Shown here one piece after another: positions 8,398 through 18,651 of a DNA stretch of 64,000 bases. The stretch is from an uncultured Muribaculaceae bacterium (GTDB lineage: Bacteria; Bacillota_I; Bacilli_A; RF39; UBA660), in assembly GCA_964650315.1 (NCBI GenBank), contig CAZYQE010000003.1, positions 15,772-79,771 of the forward strand, in the 5' to 3' direction. The notes under the pieces were generated by a model. It was not told the DNA's origin. It was given only the letters and a program-made list of their open reading frames with translations, and searched no databases. A program made the translations under genes and the position numbers. Each line of letters opens with the position of its first letter. Position 1 is the first letter of the stretch.

Positions 8398-10149
8398 CTA
8401 CTCATCATCATCATCTTCCTGTGTAGGTGTTGGTGATGGTTTAGGTTTACTTGCTGGTTTTTTAGCTACAACTACTTTTAATTTAGACCCTTTAACTATT
8501 GGACTACCAGCAGCTCTAGATTGACTAATTATTTTACCAGGTGAATAAGCATTTGTTTCTTGATATTCTGTTTGTAATGTTAAACCATACTTACTACAGA
8601 ATGCTTCTGCATCATCTATACTCCATCCCTTAGCATTCATATCTGGGAATGTATCTTGTATATCAGCAATATATAAAGTAATTTCATCACCTTTTTTAAC
8701 TTTAGAACCTTTAGCTAAACTTTGTCCAATTATTTCTTGTTCTCCATAATCTCTATTAGTATCAGAAGGTTCTTTCTTCTCAATATTAACTACTAATCCT
8801 TTTTGTTTTAATAAAGTTTCAACCTCTATATAGTTTTTACCTACATAATCATCTATTTCAAAAGTTTCTTTTCCTTTAGATTTATATATAGTAATCTTAG
8901 TACCTTTTTTAACACTACGACCCTTACCAGGATCTGTCTTAACAACTCTACCCTTCTTTACTTTAGAAGAATATACCTTCTTTATATGAGTATTAACTTC
9001 AAAACCTTGTTTTTGAAGTTTTCTTTCACATACTCCTACTTTTAAATTTTTACAATTTGGTACAGTAACAGCTCCCTTGTTAGATAAAGCTGGTACTATA
9101 AAGAATGTTGTTAGAAGTACTGCTGCTAAACCTCCAAAAATTGAAGATAAAATTATAATAGTCTTCTTTCTTTTCTTTTCATCTTTATCGTCTATCTTTT
9201 TAGCAACTTCTTCTTCACCCTCTTCAGCTGCTTTTTCTTCCATATCTTCTAATTTCTTAAGATTTTTAGTACCCTCATTATCAGTCTCAGGATATTTATA
9301 TTTATAAGGTGCTTCATCCATACGATCATCATCTAAAGCAGTTAACAAATCATTATACATACTTCTAGCGTCATCATATCTATTTTTTGGATTCTTAGCT
9401 GTTGATTTTAATATAATATTCTCTATACTTTGTGGTATAGATGAATTGTTTTCTCTTAAACTTGGTAGTGGATCTCTCATATGTTTTAATGCTATTTCTA
9501 CTGCATTATCTCCTTTAAAAGGAAGACTTCCACTTAATAATTCATAAAATATGATACCCATTGAATATATATCACTCTTAATAGTAGATCCTTTACCACT
9601 AGCTTGTTCTGGTGGTAAATAATGAACTGATCCCATAACTGAATTAGTTTGAGTAAGTTGTGTAGCATTTAATGCCATCGCAATACCAAAGTCAGTTATT
9701 TTAATTTGTCCATCATCTTTAATCATAATATTTTGCGGTTTTAAATCTCTATGTATTATATATGAATCATGGGCATGAGCCATACCATCAGTAAGTTGTA
9801 ACATTATATCTATAGCTTCTGATAAAGTAAGACTTCCACGTTTCTTTAATAATTGTTTTAATGTTTTTCCTTCTACATATTCCATTACTATGTAATAAAC
9901 ATTATCATCTTCTCCTACATCATACATCTCAACAATATTAGGATGAGCTAAAGAAGATGCAGATAAAGCTTCACGTTGAAAACGTCTAACAAACTTTTCA
10001 TCGTTAGATAAATCTCCTCTTAATATCTTTATAGCAACATTACGGTCTAGAATAGTATCATAACCAAGGTAAACGTTAGCCATACCACCTTCACCAATAG
10101 ATCTTATAATTTCATAACGATCATTGATCTTTTGCCCCTTTGTTATCAT
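8398..10149 (-). CDS. prkC: Ser/Thr protein kinase with three extracellular PASTA domains
   Basis: Hanks kinase motifs (GEGGMANVY, HRDLKPQN, DFG), one TM segment and three PASTA-like repeats. It ends in a Pro/Thr-rich plus acidic tail. Confidence 0.9.
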   Translation of the reverse strand: MITKGQKINDRYEIIRSIGEGGMANVYLGYDTILDRNVAIKILRGDLSNDEKFVRRFQREALSASSLAHPNIVEMYDVGEDDNVYYIVMEYVEGKTLKQLLKKRGSLTLSEAIDIMLQLTDGMAHAHDSYIIHRDLKPQNIMIKDDGQIKITDFGIAMALNATQLTQTNSVMGSVHYLPPEQASGKGSTIKSDIYSMGIIFYELLSGSLPFKGDNAVEIALKHMRDPLPSLRENNSSIPQSIENIILKSTAKNPKNRYDDARSMYNDLLTALDDDRMDEAPYKYKYPETDNEGTKNLKKLEDMEEKAAEEGEEEVAKKIDDKDEKKRKKTIIILSSIFGGLAAVLLTTFFIVPALSNKGAVTVPNCKNLKVGVCERKLQKQGFEVNTHIKKVYSSKVKKGRVVKTDPGKGRSVKKGTKITIYKSKGKETFEIDDYVGKNYIEVETLLKQKGLVVNIEKKEPSDTNRDYGEQEIIGQSLAKGSKVKKGDEITLYIADIQDTFPDMNAKGWSIDDAEAFCSKYGLTLQTEYQETNAYSPGKIISQSRAAGSPIVKGSKLKVVVAKKPASKPKPSPTPTQEDDDDE

Positions 10150-10892
10150 TTCTCGTCACCTTCTTCTTCACGAATTAAGTAAGCAACCGAAATATTATCT
10201 GTTCCACCCCTATTGTTAGCTTTTTGAATAAGTTTAATAACTTTATCTTCTATATCACCCTTACCTAAAAGGACTTTTTCTATTTGATCTTTATCAACCA
10301 TATTAGTAAGACCATCACTAGAAAGTAATATTTCTGTAATATCCATATCACAATCAAATACATCTACATCAACATCAAGTGAAGCTCCTAAAGCTTTCAT
10401 TAATACATTCTTTCTAGGATGAGTACTAGCTTCTTCTTTAGTAAGTTCACCAGCACTAACTAATAAATTAACTAATGTATGGTCATATGTAACTTTATGA
10501 AGTTTATCTTCCTTCATAACAAATCCACTTGAATCCCCTACATTACCAAATAATAAATATTCTTTAGTAAGTATAGCCATAACAAGTGTAGTTCCCATAC
10601 CTTTACTTTCAGGATGAGTCTTTTCATGTTGGAATATTAAAGTATTAATTTCATTAACTGCATCTCTAATCCAATTAACTGCATCCACTTTACTCATATT
10701 TAAAAATGTTTCTTTAAAATGATCTCCTAAATAACTAATAGCAATAGATGAAGCAACTTCTCCAGCAGAATGTCCCCCCATACCATCAGCAATAGCCATT
10801 AAATAATCATTATTACTATTTTTCAATATAATGACACTGTCTTCATTATGATCTCTAACTTTACCAGCATCCGTTAAATAAAAAGATTTCAT
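10146..10892 (-). CDS. prpC: PP2C-family Ser/Thr phosphatase
   Basis: Motifs RDHNEDS, ADGMGGH and SDGL...GGTDNIS. It overlaps prkC by 4 nt. Confidence 0.9.
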   Translation of the reverse strand: MKSFYLTDAGKVRDHNEDSVIILKNSNNDYLMAIADGMGGHSAGEVASSIAISYLGDHFKETFLNMSKVDAVNWIRDAVNEINTLIFQHEKTHPESKGMGTTLVMAILTKEYLLFGNVGDSSGFVMKEDKLHKVTYDHTLVNLLVSAGELTKEEASTHPRKNVLMKALGASLDVDVDVFDCDMDITEILLSSDGLTNMVDKDQIEKVLLGKGDIEDKVIKLIQKANNRGGTDNISVAYLIREEEGDEK

Positions 10893-11908
10893 AAATCCTC
10901 CTTCTTACTTCTAAGTTGTCCACAGGCAGCACTAATATTACTACCAAATTCACGTCTTATTGTAACATTTATCCTATTCTTTTTTAGTATATCATAAAAT
11001 CTCATAATTTGCACTGTTTTACTACGTTTAAATTCTATATTATTTGTTTCATTATAAGGTATTAAATTAATATAACAATTCATACCCTTAACTAACTTAG
11101 AAAGTTCTAATGCATTATCAATACTATCATTAATTCCTTCTAATAAAATATACTCAAAAGTAAGTCTTCTATTAGTCTTTTTTATATATTCTTTTAAACT
11201 AGGAATTAATACTTCTAAAGGATAAACTTTATTAATAGGCATTAACTTATTTCTAAGAGTATTATTAGGTGCATGAAGACTAATAGCTAGATTAACCTGT
11301 AATTCTAGATTAGAAAATTCTTCTATTTTAGGAACTATACCACAAGTAGATACTGTAATATGTCTAGCTCCAATAGCAAGTCCCTTAGGATGATTAATTA
11401 TCTTTATAAATTTAATAACATTATCATAATTATCAAAAGGTTCTCCAATACCCATAATTACTACATGACTTATTCGCTCACCTAAATCTTCTTCTATTTG
11501 TAATATTTGAAGTACCATCTCATAAGTTTCTAGATTTCTAACTTTCTTTCTTCTACCAGACTCACAAAACTTACATCCCATATTACAACCAACTTGACTA
11601 GAAACACATACACTATTTCCATAATCATGTCTCATCAAAACTGCTTCTATATACTCGTTATCATTAAGTTCAAACAAATACTTAACGACATCTACATCTT
11701 TTTCTATATTAACAATCTTTAATTTATCAATACTATACTTAGATTCTATCTCAGCCCTTAATTCCTTCTTAATATTAGTAGCTTCATCATAAGAATTAAT
11801 TCTTTTTTCATATAACCATGAAAAAAGTTGGTTTCCATGAAATTTCTTAGAACCCATATCTATAAATATATTTTCTAACTCATCATATGTTAATCCATAA
11901 ATATTCAT
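10889..11908 (-). CDS. rlmN: 23S rRNA/tRNA (adenine-C2)-methyltransferase RlmN (radical SAM)
   Basis: Motifs CNMGCKFC and a C-terminal ACGQL. It sits next to prpC/prkC, as in Bacillus. Confidence 0.9.
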   Translation of the reverse strand: MNIYGLTYDELENIFIDMGSKKFHGNQLFSWLYEKRINSYDEATNIKKELRAEIESKYSIDKLKIVNIEKDVDVVKYLFELNDNEYIEAVLMRHDYGNSVCVSSQVGCNMGCKFCESGRRKKVRNLETYEMVLQILQIEEDLGERISHVVIMGIGEPFDNYDNVIKFIKIINHPKGLAIGARHITVSTCGIVPKIEEFSNLELQVNLAISLHAPNNTLRNKLMPINKVYPLEVLIPSLKEYIKKTNRRLTFEYILLEGINDSIDNALELSKLVKGMNCYINLIPYNETNNIEFKRSKTVQIMRFYDILKKNRINVTIRREFGSNISAACGQLRSKKEDL

Positions 11909-11966
11909 ACTACCACTCCAAGAATATTATACAATATTTATACAAAAAGAAAAAGAAGATATCTTC

Positions 11967-12677
11967 TTATTCTGGCTCTTTTATATTCTTAATTTTTCCA
12001 AACTTAGAATACTCTAATTCTATACTACATGATTTCTTAGCAATCTTCTTATATTTACAGTAACTACTTAAATCATATTTTATATCATTAACTTCATCTT
12101 CCATATCTGTTTTAAAAACTATTTCATTAACTGGATCATCTAAATCAACTTTAGTCTTTTCTAATATTTTAATTAATGTTGTAGTGGCAATCTGATAAGT
12201 ATAAACTGTCATACCACTTTCATATTCAGTTTTAGATATATAACTAGCTTTCTTAGCTAATTTCTTTGTAGTATAAATATTAATAAAATCTTTAAGTAAA
12301 TAAGGATTATCTGTTTTCACCCATATATTAGATTTACTAGTTAAGAATTCATCATCATTTCTATAATACTTAACTTTATTATATTCAAACAATTCTTTAC
12401 CATCTTTTCTATCACCTTCATAAAGATACTCTTTATCATCTATTTTATAAATATATTTAAAATGATAATTATCTCCATCTAGTTTTTCAAAATAAAATGG
12501 TAAAATATTATCTTTAGATTTATTTGTTTTATTAGCATTAGAAGAACCTCCTACTCTAAGCATAGATATTAAAACAATGAAAAATACTAAATAAAATCCA
12601 AAAAACAAAGTAGCTTTACCTTTAGGAGTCTTTAAAAATGCGATTATCTTTTCAAAATCTATATTTACCTTCTTCAT
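11967..12677 (-). CDS. Hypothetical N-terminally anchored protein
   Basis: 236 aa with one N-terminal TM segment (LFFGFYLVFFIVLISML). No recognisable family. It occupies the position where rsmB normally sits. Confidence 0.5.
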   Translation of the reverse strand: MKKVNIDFEKIIAFLKTPKGKATLFFGFYLVFFIVLISMLRVGGSSNANKTNKSKDNILPFYFEKLDGDNYHFKYIYKIDDKEYLYEGDRKDGKELFEYNKVKYYRNDDEFLTSKSNIWVKTDNPYLLKDFINIYTTKKLAKKASYISKTEYESGMTVYTYQIATTTLIKILEKTKVDLDDPVNEIVFKTDMEDEVNDIKYDLSSYCKYKKIAKKSCSIELEYSKFGKIKNIKEPE

Positions 12678-13616
12678 CTATTCTAACCCCTTTCCTATAA
12701 GATTATCTATATTAATACCATTAATATAATCTTTTACCAACATTCTTTTCTTACCAAAAGGTTTAATATCTGTAATAATAATTTCTCCATCATTACAACA
12801 TACACTAATTCCTTCTTTAGAGACTTTAACTATTTCACCATTCTTTTTATCATCATATTTATTATTTCCAATAATAGAGTTATATACTTTCATTTCTTTA
12901 CCATCAAGTATAAAATAAGCTCCTGGTATAGGAGATAAACCTCTAATTAAATTAAATATATCTCTACTATTTTTATTAAAATCTATATGTTCTTCTTCTC
13001 TTTTAATATTATATGAAAAACTAACTTCATCTTCATTTTGTTTTACTTTATTATTAGTACCATCTATTATACTAGGAAGTGTTTCTAATAAAAGTTCTTT
13101 CCCCATAACACTAAGTCTATCATGTAATGTTTCTAAGTTATCAGAATCTTCTATAATAGTTTCTTTTTGACTTATAATATCACCACTATCCATATCAACA
13201 TCCATATACATAATAGTAATACCAGTTTCTTTATCACCATTGATGATAGCTCTATGTATAGGAGCTCCTCCCCTATGCTTAGGAAGAAGAGATGCATGAA
13301 CATTTATACATCCATACTTAGGATAATCTAATACTTCCTTAGGAACTATTTGTCCATAAGCACAAGTTATTATAATATCTGGTTTCAAATCTAGTATTTC
13401 TTTATAATCAGATTTAATATTAGCTGGTTGATATACATCAATATTATTCTTTAAAGCTATTTCTTTTACTGGTGTAGGTTTAAGTATTTGTTTTCTACCT
13501 ACTTTTCTATCTGGTTGACTAACTACACCAACAACATTGTAGTTTTCTATTAATCCTTCTAATATAGGTACACTAAAATCTGGAGTACCCATAAATACAA
13601 CTTTTAAATCATTCAT
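12678..13616 (-). CDS. fmt: Methionyl-tRNA formyltransferase
   Basis: Motifs MGTPDFSVP and HASLLPKHRGGAPIHRAI. Confidence 0.9.
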   Translation of the reverse strand: MNDLKVVFMGTPDFSVPILEGLIENYNVVGVVSQPDRKVGRKQILKPTPVKEIALKNNIDVYQPANIKSDYKEILDLKPDIIITCAYGQIVPKEVLDYPKYGCINVHASLLPKHRGGAPIHRAIINGDKETGITIMYMDVDMDSGDIISQKETIIEDSDNLETLHDRLSVMGKELLLETLPSIIDGTNNKVKQNEDEVSFSYNIKREEEHIDFNKNSRDIFNLIRGLSPIPGAYFILDGKEMKVYNSIIGNNKYDDKKNGEIVKVSKEGISVCCNDGEIIITDIKPFGKKRMLVKDYINGINIDNLIGKGLE

Positions 13617-13618
13617 TA

Positions 13619-14785
13619 TTATCCACCTACCATAGTCATTATAATAGTAATAATAACTCCTAATGTTATTAATATAGCACCAACAAGTATTAAAATAGAA
13701 GCTTTACCAAAATCATTGTTATAATTACCAATATCCTTTTTCTCTTCTTTAGGATACTCTTCTTTTTTTACTACTTTTTCTTCTTTAACAAAAGTCTTAT
13801 AATTAGGTAATTCTATAAATAAAATATCTTTAGCTTCTAACTTATCACTAAACTCAACAGCCTCAAATCTATTATCTATAATATCAGCAATAGCTTCAGA
13901 TAATTTTAAATCTCTACTCTCTAATATCTTATTTATATTAATACTTTCAACATCTTTATTCTTCAAAACCAAACTTCTCTTAACAGCCATAACAGTAGGG
14001 CGAGAGTCAGTCTTATTAATTAATTTCCACTCTTCATCTACAACACCCTTTAAGTACTTAGAATTTTCATCATTAAGTTCTAATACGTTAATTAGTTTAT
14101 TAACATTTTTCATACAACCTTCATAATCATTGTAGATAAATGCTTTTTTATCTTCTTCTTTTTTGATAAATTTATTCTCACATAACAATTCATAAAAATA
14201 TAATGGACTATGTTCAGCATAAAAATATGCCATTTCAAAATTATCAGTAAAACTTACACTATTAACAGAAAAATCTTTACTAATAATATCATTTTTTACT
14301 ATATCTTTTATTTTTACAAACTTAGGATATAAATTATTATATTCCTGTGGAATAAATCCATTTTTAATTATTTGATCTTTGTATACATTGTTTATAGAAT
14401 GAAATACATAGCCATTAGTTATATATTTATCATAAACATATTTAATAATTTCATCTCTATGTTCTTCTTCATTCTTTATATTTAATTTTATTATTACAAA
14501 TTTAGTTATTAATTTATTAATCCCTGTATAAATATCATTAAAATTAGTTATTTTTCTAAATATTAGATTTAATTGCATTATGAAATCATTAAATAATATA
14601 TTATCATTTATAATTACTCTAAATTTATATAGGGCATCCATTAATATAAATAATGCTTGTTTACTATCTTCAAATTCTAAATAGTTAATAGCATTTTCAT
14701 CATCTTTTTTATTATATCTGTTATTATTAACTACTTCCCTTATTAAATTTTCTACATTCTCATTATTTAAAATATCATCTAACAA
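13619..14785 (-). CDS. Hypothetical tail-anchored protein (large cytoplasmic domain, single C-terminal TM)
   Basis: 388 aa. TTG start with strong SD AGGAGG 8 nt upstream. C-terminal TM ASILILVGAILITLGVIITIIMTMVGG. No family recognised. Confidence 0.5.
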   Translation of the reverse strand: MLDDILNNENVENLIREVVNNNRYNKKDDENAINYLEFEDSKQALFILMDALYKFRVIINDNILFNDFIMQLNLIFRKITNFNDIYTGINKLITKFVIIKLNIKNEEEHRDEIIKYVYDKYITNGYVFHSINNVYKDQIIKNGFIPQEYNNLYPKFVKIKDIVKNDIISKDFSVNSVSFTDNFEMAYFYAEHSPLYFYELLCENKFIKKEEDKKAFIYNDYEGCMKNVNKLINVLELNDENSKYLKGVVDEEWKLINKTDSRPTVMAVKRSLVLKNKDVESININKILESRDLKLSEAIADIIDNRFEAVEFSDKLEAKDILFIELPNYKTFVKEEKVVKKEEYPKEEKKDIGNYNNDFGKASILILVGAILITLGVIITIIMTMVGG

Positions 14786-14815
14786 TTAAATCACCTCCTT
14801 ATTTAAAAAATAATC

Positions 14816-15022
14816 TTACATAGTCTTTGTCCAAACAATTATATAATAGATTGTTCCAACAACTGCGATAATTAATAATACTGTAAGTAATATTTTTATA
14901 ACAGGACTATTAATATCCCAATAACCATCGTTTTTTCTTTTTGTTTCATTCATTAAATCTTTATATAATTTTTCATTTTCTTCGTTAACGTCTATATCTT
15001 TATCTAAGTTTTTATCGTCCAT
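14816..15022 (-). CDS. Small tail-anchored membrane protein
   Basis: 68 aa with an acidic N-terminus and a C-terminal TM segment. Confidence 0.4.
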   Translation of the reverse strand: MDDKNLDKDIDVNEENEKLYKDLMNETKRKNDGYWDINSPVIKILLTVLLIIAVVGTIYYIIVWTKTM

Positions 15023-15062
15023 ATAGCACCTCTACTTTTCATTACTAGAATAACATATTTTT

Positions 15063-17231
15063 CTAAAAATGACTAGGATTAAAGTCTATATCTATACGTA
15101 CTTTACTGTTACTTTTATAATAATCTAATATTTTTTCTAATATGTTATATAAGTTATCATCTTTCTTATATTTTAGTATAATTCCATAACGATATATATT
15201 ATTCATTTTGAATATATTTGCAGTAGATGGACCTAAAATAATAGTATTATCTAGATTCCTATCAAGAGATTTCTTTATCTTATTAGCTTCATTAAATATA
15301 TACTTAGGATCTTTACCACTTATTTTTATATAACATATATAATAAAATGGTGGATACTTCAATGTTTTTCTTATTTGCATCTCTTTATTATAAAAACCTA
15401 TATAATCATGATCTTTAGTATATTCTATTGCATAATGCGTAGGATTATATGTTTGAATAATAACTTCTCCACTCTTCTTATCTCTACCACTTCTTCCTGC
15501 AACTTGCGAAAGTAAAGAGAATGTATTTTCACTACTTCTAAAATCAGGTATATTTAGTGAAGTATCAGCATTTATTACACCAACTAAAGTTACATTATCA
15601 AAATCTAATCCTTTCGCAACTATTTGAGTTCCAAGTAAAATATCATATTCATGGTTCTTAAAAGCAGTAATCATTTTCTCATGCATACCTTTTCTACTAG
15701 TTGTATCTACATCCATTCTAAGTATCTTATTGTCTGGAAATATATTATGTAATTCTTCTTCTATCTTCTCTGTACCAACACCCAAATCAGCAATAGAATT
15801 CTCCTTACATTCTGGACAAGTCTTATATACTTTATTTCCATAACCACAATAATGACATCTAAGAGTATTACTACTCTTATGATAAGTTAAACTAATATCA
15901 CAATTAGGACATTTAAAAGTATAACCACAATTTTTACAACTAACAAATGAAGAATAACCTCTTCTATTTAAAAGTAGAATAATTTGTTCATCTTTATCTA
16001 GTTTATCTTTCATAGAAGTAAGTAAATTACGAGAAAAATGTCCCCTACTTTTTTTGATTTCTTCACTCATATCTATTATTCTAACTAACGGCAATTTCTT
16101 ACCATTAATTCTATTAGGTAAACTAAGTAATTTATAAACATCTTTCTTGGCTCTAGCAAAAGATTCTAATGTAGGTGTAGCACTTCCAAATACAACAGGA
16201 CAATTATTATACTCTCCTCTCATATTAGCTACATCTTTTGCACTATATCTAGGATTGGAATCATCTTGTTTATAAGAATCACTATGCTCTTCATCTATTA
16301 TAATTACACCTATATTTTTTAAAGGTGCAAATATAGCACTTCTAGCACCTATAACTATTTTAGCTTCCCCTTTATAGATTCTTCTCCATTCATCATACTT
16401 TTCTCCTTCGGATAAAGCAGAATGAAGTGCTGCAATTCTTTTACCAAATCTATTTTGGAATCTTTCTACCATTTGTGGAGTTAAACTAATCTCTGGAACC
16501 AACACAATACTAGTTTTATTATTATTTAAAGCATCTTCTATTAATTCCATATAAACTTCAGTTTTTCCACTACCTGTTACTCCATGTAATAAGAAAGTAT
16601 TATAACCACTATATTTATTAAACTCTTTTATTACACTTTTTTGATCACTAGTCAATTCATGTTTATTATTAGATTTATTCTTATAATTCATTCTATATTT
16701 TTCTAGTTTCACAGGTATTAAAATATTCTTTTTAATTAAAGTGTTTAAACTACTAATCGATATCTTTAATATATCTTCTCTTTTAACTAATTCTTTATCT
16801 TTAAATAAATTAATAATGACTTCTTGTTTTTTATTTAATTTATAATCAGAAATATCTCCTAATTTATAATAAGTATCATATTTTTTATTTATAGTTGTTC
16901 CCTTCTTAGCCTTTAAAGCTTTAGGTAACATTACTTGATAACAAGATATTAAAGTAGCTAAAGTCTTATTTTTTATTTTTCTACCCAATTCTAATAATTC
17001 TTCATTTAATACAACATCATCATCTACAATAGAAATAACTTCTTTAAGTTCTAAGTCAGTAGAACTTTCTTTTTTTATTTCTAAAACAAACCCTTCTAAA
17101 GTCTGATGTCCAAAAGGAACTTCTACTCTGATACCAATTTTAATCTTATCTAATAGTTCATCTTTTACTTTATAATCAAATATTTTATCTATATTTTTAT
17201 TAGATAATTGTACTAAAACTCCTACTACCAA
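15063..17231 (-). CDS. priA: Primosomal replication-restart helicase PriA
   Basis: Walker A GVTGSGKT, DEEH box and Cys-rich Zn-binding insertion (CKNCGY...CPNC...CHYCGY...CPEC). TTG start after SD AAGGAGGTG. Confidence 0.9.
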   Translation of the reverse strand: MVVGVLVQLSNKNIDKIFDYKVKDELLDKIKIGIRVEVPFGHQTLEGFVLEIKKESSTDLELKEVISIVDDDVVLNEELLELGRKIKNKTLATLISCYQVMLPKALKAKKGTTINKKYDTYYKLGDISDYKLNKKQEVIINLFKDKELVKREDILKISISSLNTLIKKNILIPVKLEKYRMNYKNKSNNKHELTSDQKSVIKEFNKYSGYNTFLLHGVTGSGKTEVYMELIEDALNNNKTSIVLVPEISLTPQMVERFQNRFGKRIAALHSALSEGEKYDEWRRIYKGEAKIVIGARSAIFAPLKNIGVIIIDEEHSDSYKQDDSNPRYSAKDVANMRGEYNNCPVVFGSATPTLESFARAKKDVYKLLSLPNRINGKKLPLVRIIDMSEEIKKSRGHFSRNLLTSMKDKLDKDEQIILLLNRRGYSSFVSCKNCGYTFKCPNCDISLTYHKSSNTLRCHYCGYGNKVYKTCPECKENSIADLGVGTEKIEEELHNIFPDNKILRMDVDTTSRKGMHEKMITAFKNHEYDILLGTQIVAKGLDFDNVTLVGVINADTSLNIPDFRSSENTFSLLSQVAGRSGRDKKSGEVIIQTYNPTHYAIEYTKDHDYIGFYNKEMQIRKTLKYPPFYYICYIKISGKDPKYIFNEANKIKKSLDRNLDNTIILGPSTANIFKMNNIYRYGIILKYKKDDNLYNILEKILDYYKSNSKVRIDIDFNPSHF

Positions 17232-17292
17232 AGTATCACCTCCTTATAAAATTATTATAACAAAAATAAAAGTGAACTTAAAGTCCACTAGT

Positions 17293-17508
17293 CTATATCA
17301 ATTCATCATCGAACAAGGTATCTGTTTCTTCTTTATTAATATTATTATCACTATTTTCTACTTTTTCTTCCTTTTTATCTTCTTCTTCAAATAATACTTT
17401 AGGATGATCAGCTAAACTATTATTATCATAATCTTTACCACTTATAATAACTCCTATTATAAAAGCAATAACTAACACAATAATGACTACAACTAATATA
17501 GTAAACAT
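17293..17508 (-). CDS. Small membrane protein (N-terminal TM, acidic tail)
   Basis: 71-aa ORF only. No family recognised. Confidence 0.35.
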   Translation of the reverse strand: MFTILVVVIIVLVIAFIIGVIISGKDYDNNSLADHPKVLFEEEDKKEEKVENSDNNINKEETDTLFDDELI

Positions 17509-17586
17509 AGTATCACTACACCCTTTCTATCATACAAAACAATTATACAACAATTTATAAAAAATAAAAAGAGTAAAATTACTCTT

Positions 17587-18639
17587 TTAAAACAATTTTA
17601 ACACATCATTAAATGTAATAAATATCATTAATAACATAAGTAAGAATAATCCAATAGTATGAATCATATTCTCAGTCTCTGGTTTAACAGGAGATCCTTT
17701 TATTTTTTCTATTATAATAAATAGAATATGACCACCATCAAATGCTGGTAAAGGGATTAAGTTAATAAAACCAACATTTATACTTAAGAAAGCTACTAAG
17801 TATAAAATATTTACTACTCCTGTTTTAGAAGATGCACCAACTACGTTATATATACCAACAGGTCCACTTAATTGAGTTAATTTTATACCACCAGTAAATA
17901 AATAACCCACTGTTATAGCCATTTGTTTAAATATAGAACCAGTCTTTTTAAAAGTATATTTAACTGAATTAATAAATCCATATTTCTTTTTCTGTTCTAT
18001 AGAAATACCATATTTATATGTAGTCTCACCAGCCACTTTAACTTTTACTGGTTTAACTTTATAAGTTTTAATCTTCCCATTATCTTTTTTTACTTGAATC
18101 TTTGTTTTTGTACTAGGATTAGCTACTGCTAAATATAAAGATAAATCATCATTAGTACTAACTTTATGATTATCAACTTTAAGAATAGTATCTCCTTTTT
18201 CTATACCAGCAGTAATTGCAGGATAGTTCTTATCCACTTTATCAACTTTAGGATCCATACTAGTTCCACCCCAAATTAATGCTATAAAGAATAAAATTAA
18301 TATGGCAAATATAAAGTTATTTGCTGGTCCAAAAAACATTATCAAAAATCTTTGAAAAGCACTTTTAGATTGTAATTGTCTTTCTTTAGGTATTTTCTTC
18401 TTTTTATCACTATCTAGATCTTCACCAGCCATCTGACAAAATCCACCAATAGGAATTGCTCTAATAGTATATTCAGTTTCTTTTCCTTGTTTACTAAATA
18501 ACTTAGGTCCCATACCTAAAGCAAATTCATATACATATACTCCACACATTTTAGCAAGCATAAAATGTCCAAATTCATGTACTAATACTATAGATCCTAA
18601 TATTACAATAAAAAGTAAAATATTAATAATTATAGACAT
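17587..18639 (-). CDS. rseP: Site-2 (M50) zinc metalloprotease RseP/RasP with a PDZ domain
   Basis: HEFGH motif, a central PDZ-like region and a C-terminal NLIPLPAFDGG motif. Confidence 0.9.
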   Translation of the reverse strand: MSIIINILLFIVILGSIVLVHEFGHFMLAKMCGVYVYEFALGMGPKLFSKQGKETEYTIRAIPIGGFCQMAGEDLDSDKKKKIPKERQLQSKSAFQRFLIMFFGPANNFIFAILILFFIALIWGGTSMDPKVDKVDKNYPAITAGIEKGDTILKVDNHKVSTNDDLSLYLAVANPSTKTKIQVKKDNGKIKTYKVKPVKVKVAGETTYKYGISIEQKKKYGFINSVKYTFKKTGSIFKQMAITVGYLFTGGIKLTQLSGPVGIYNVVGASSKTGVVNILYLVAFLSINVGFINLIPLPAFDGGHILFIIIEKIKGSPVKPETENMIHTIGLFLLMLLMIFITFNDVLKLF

Positions 18640-18651
18640 TATATCTCCTCC

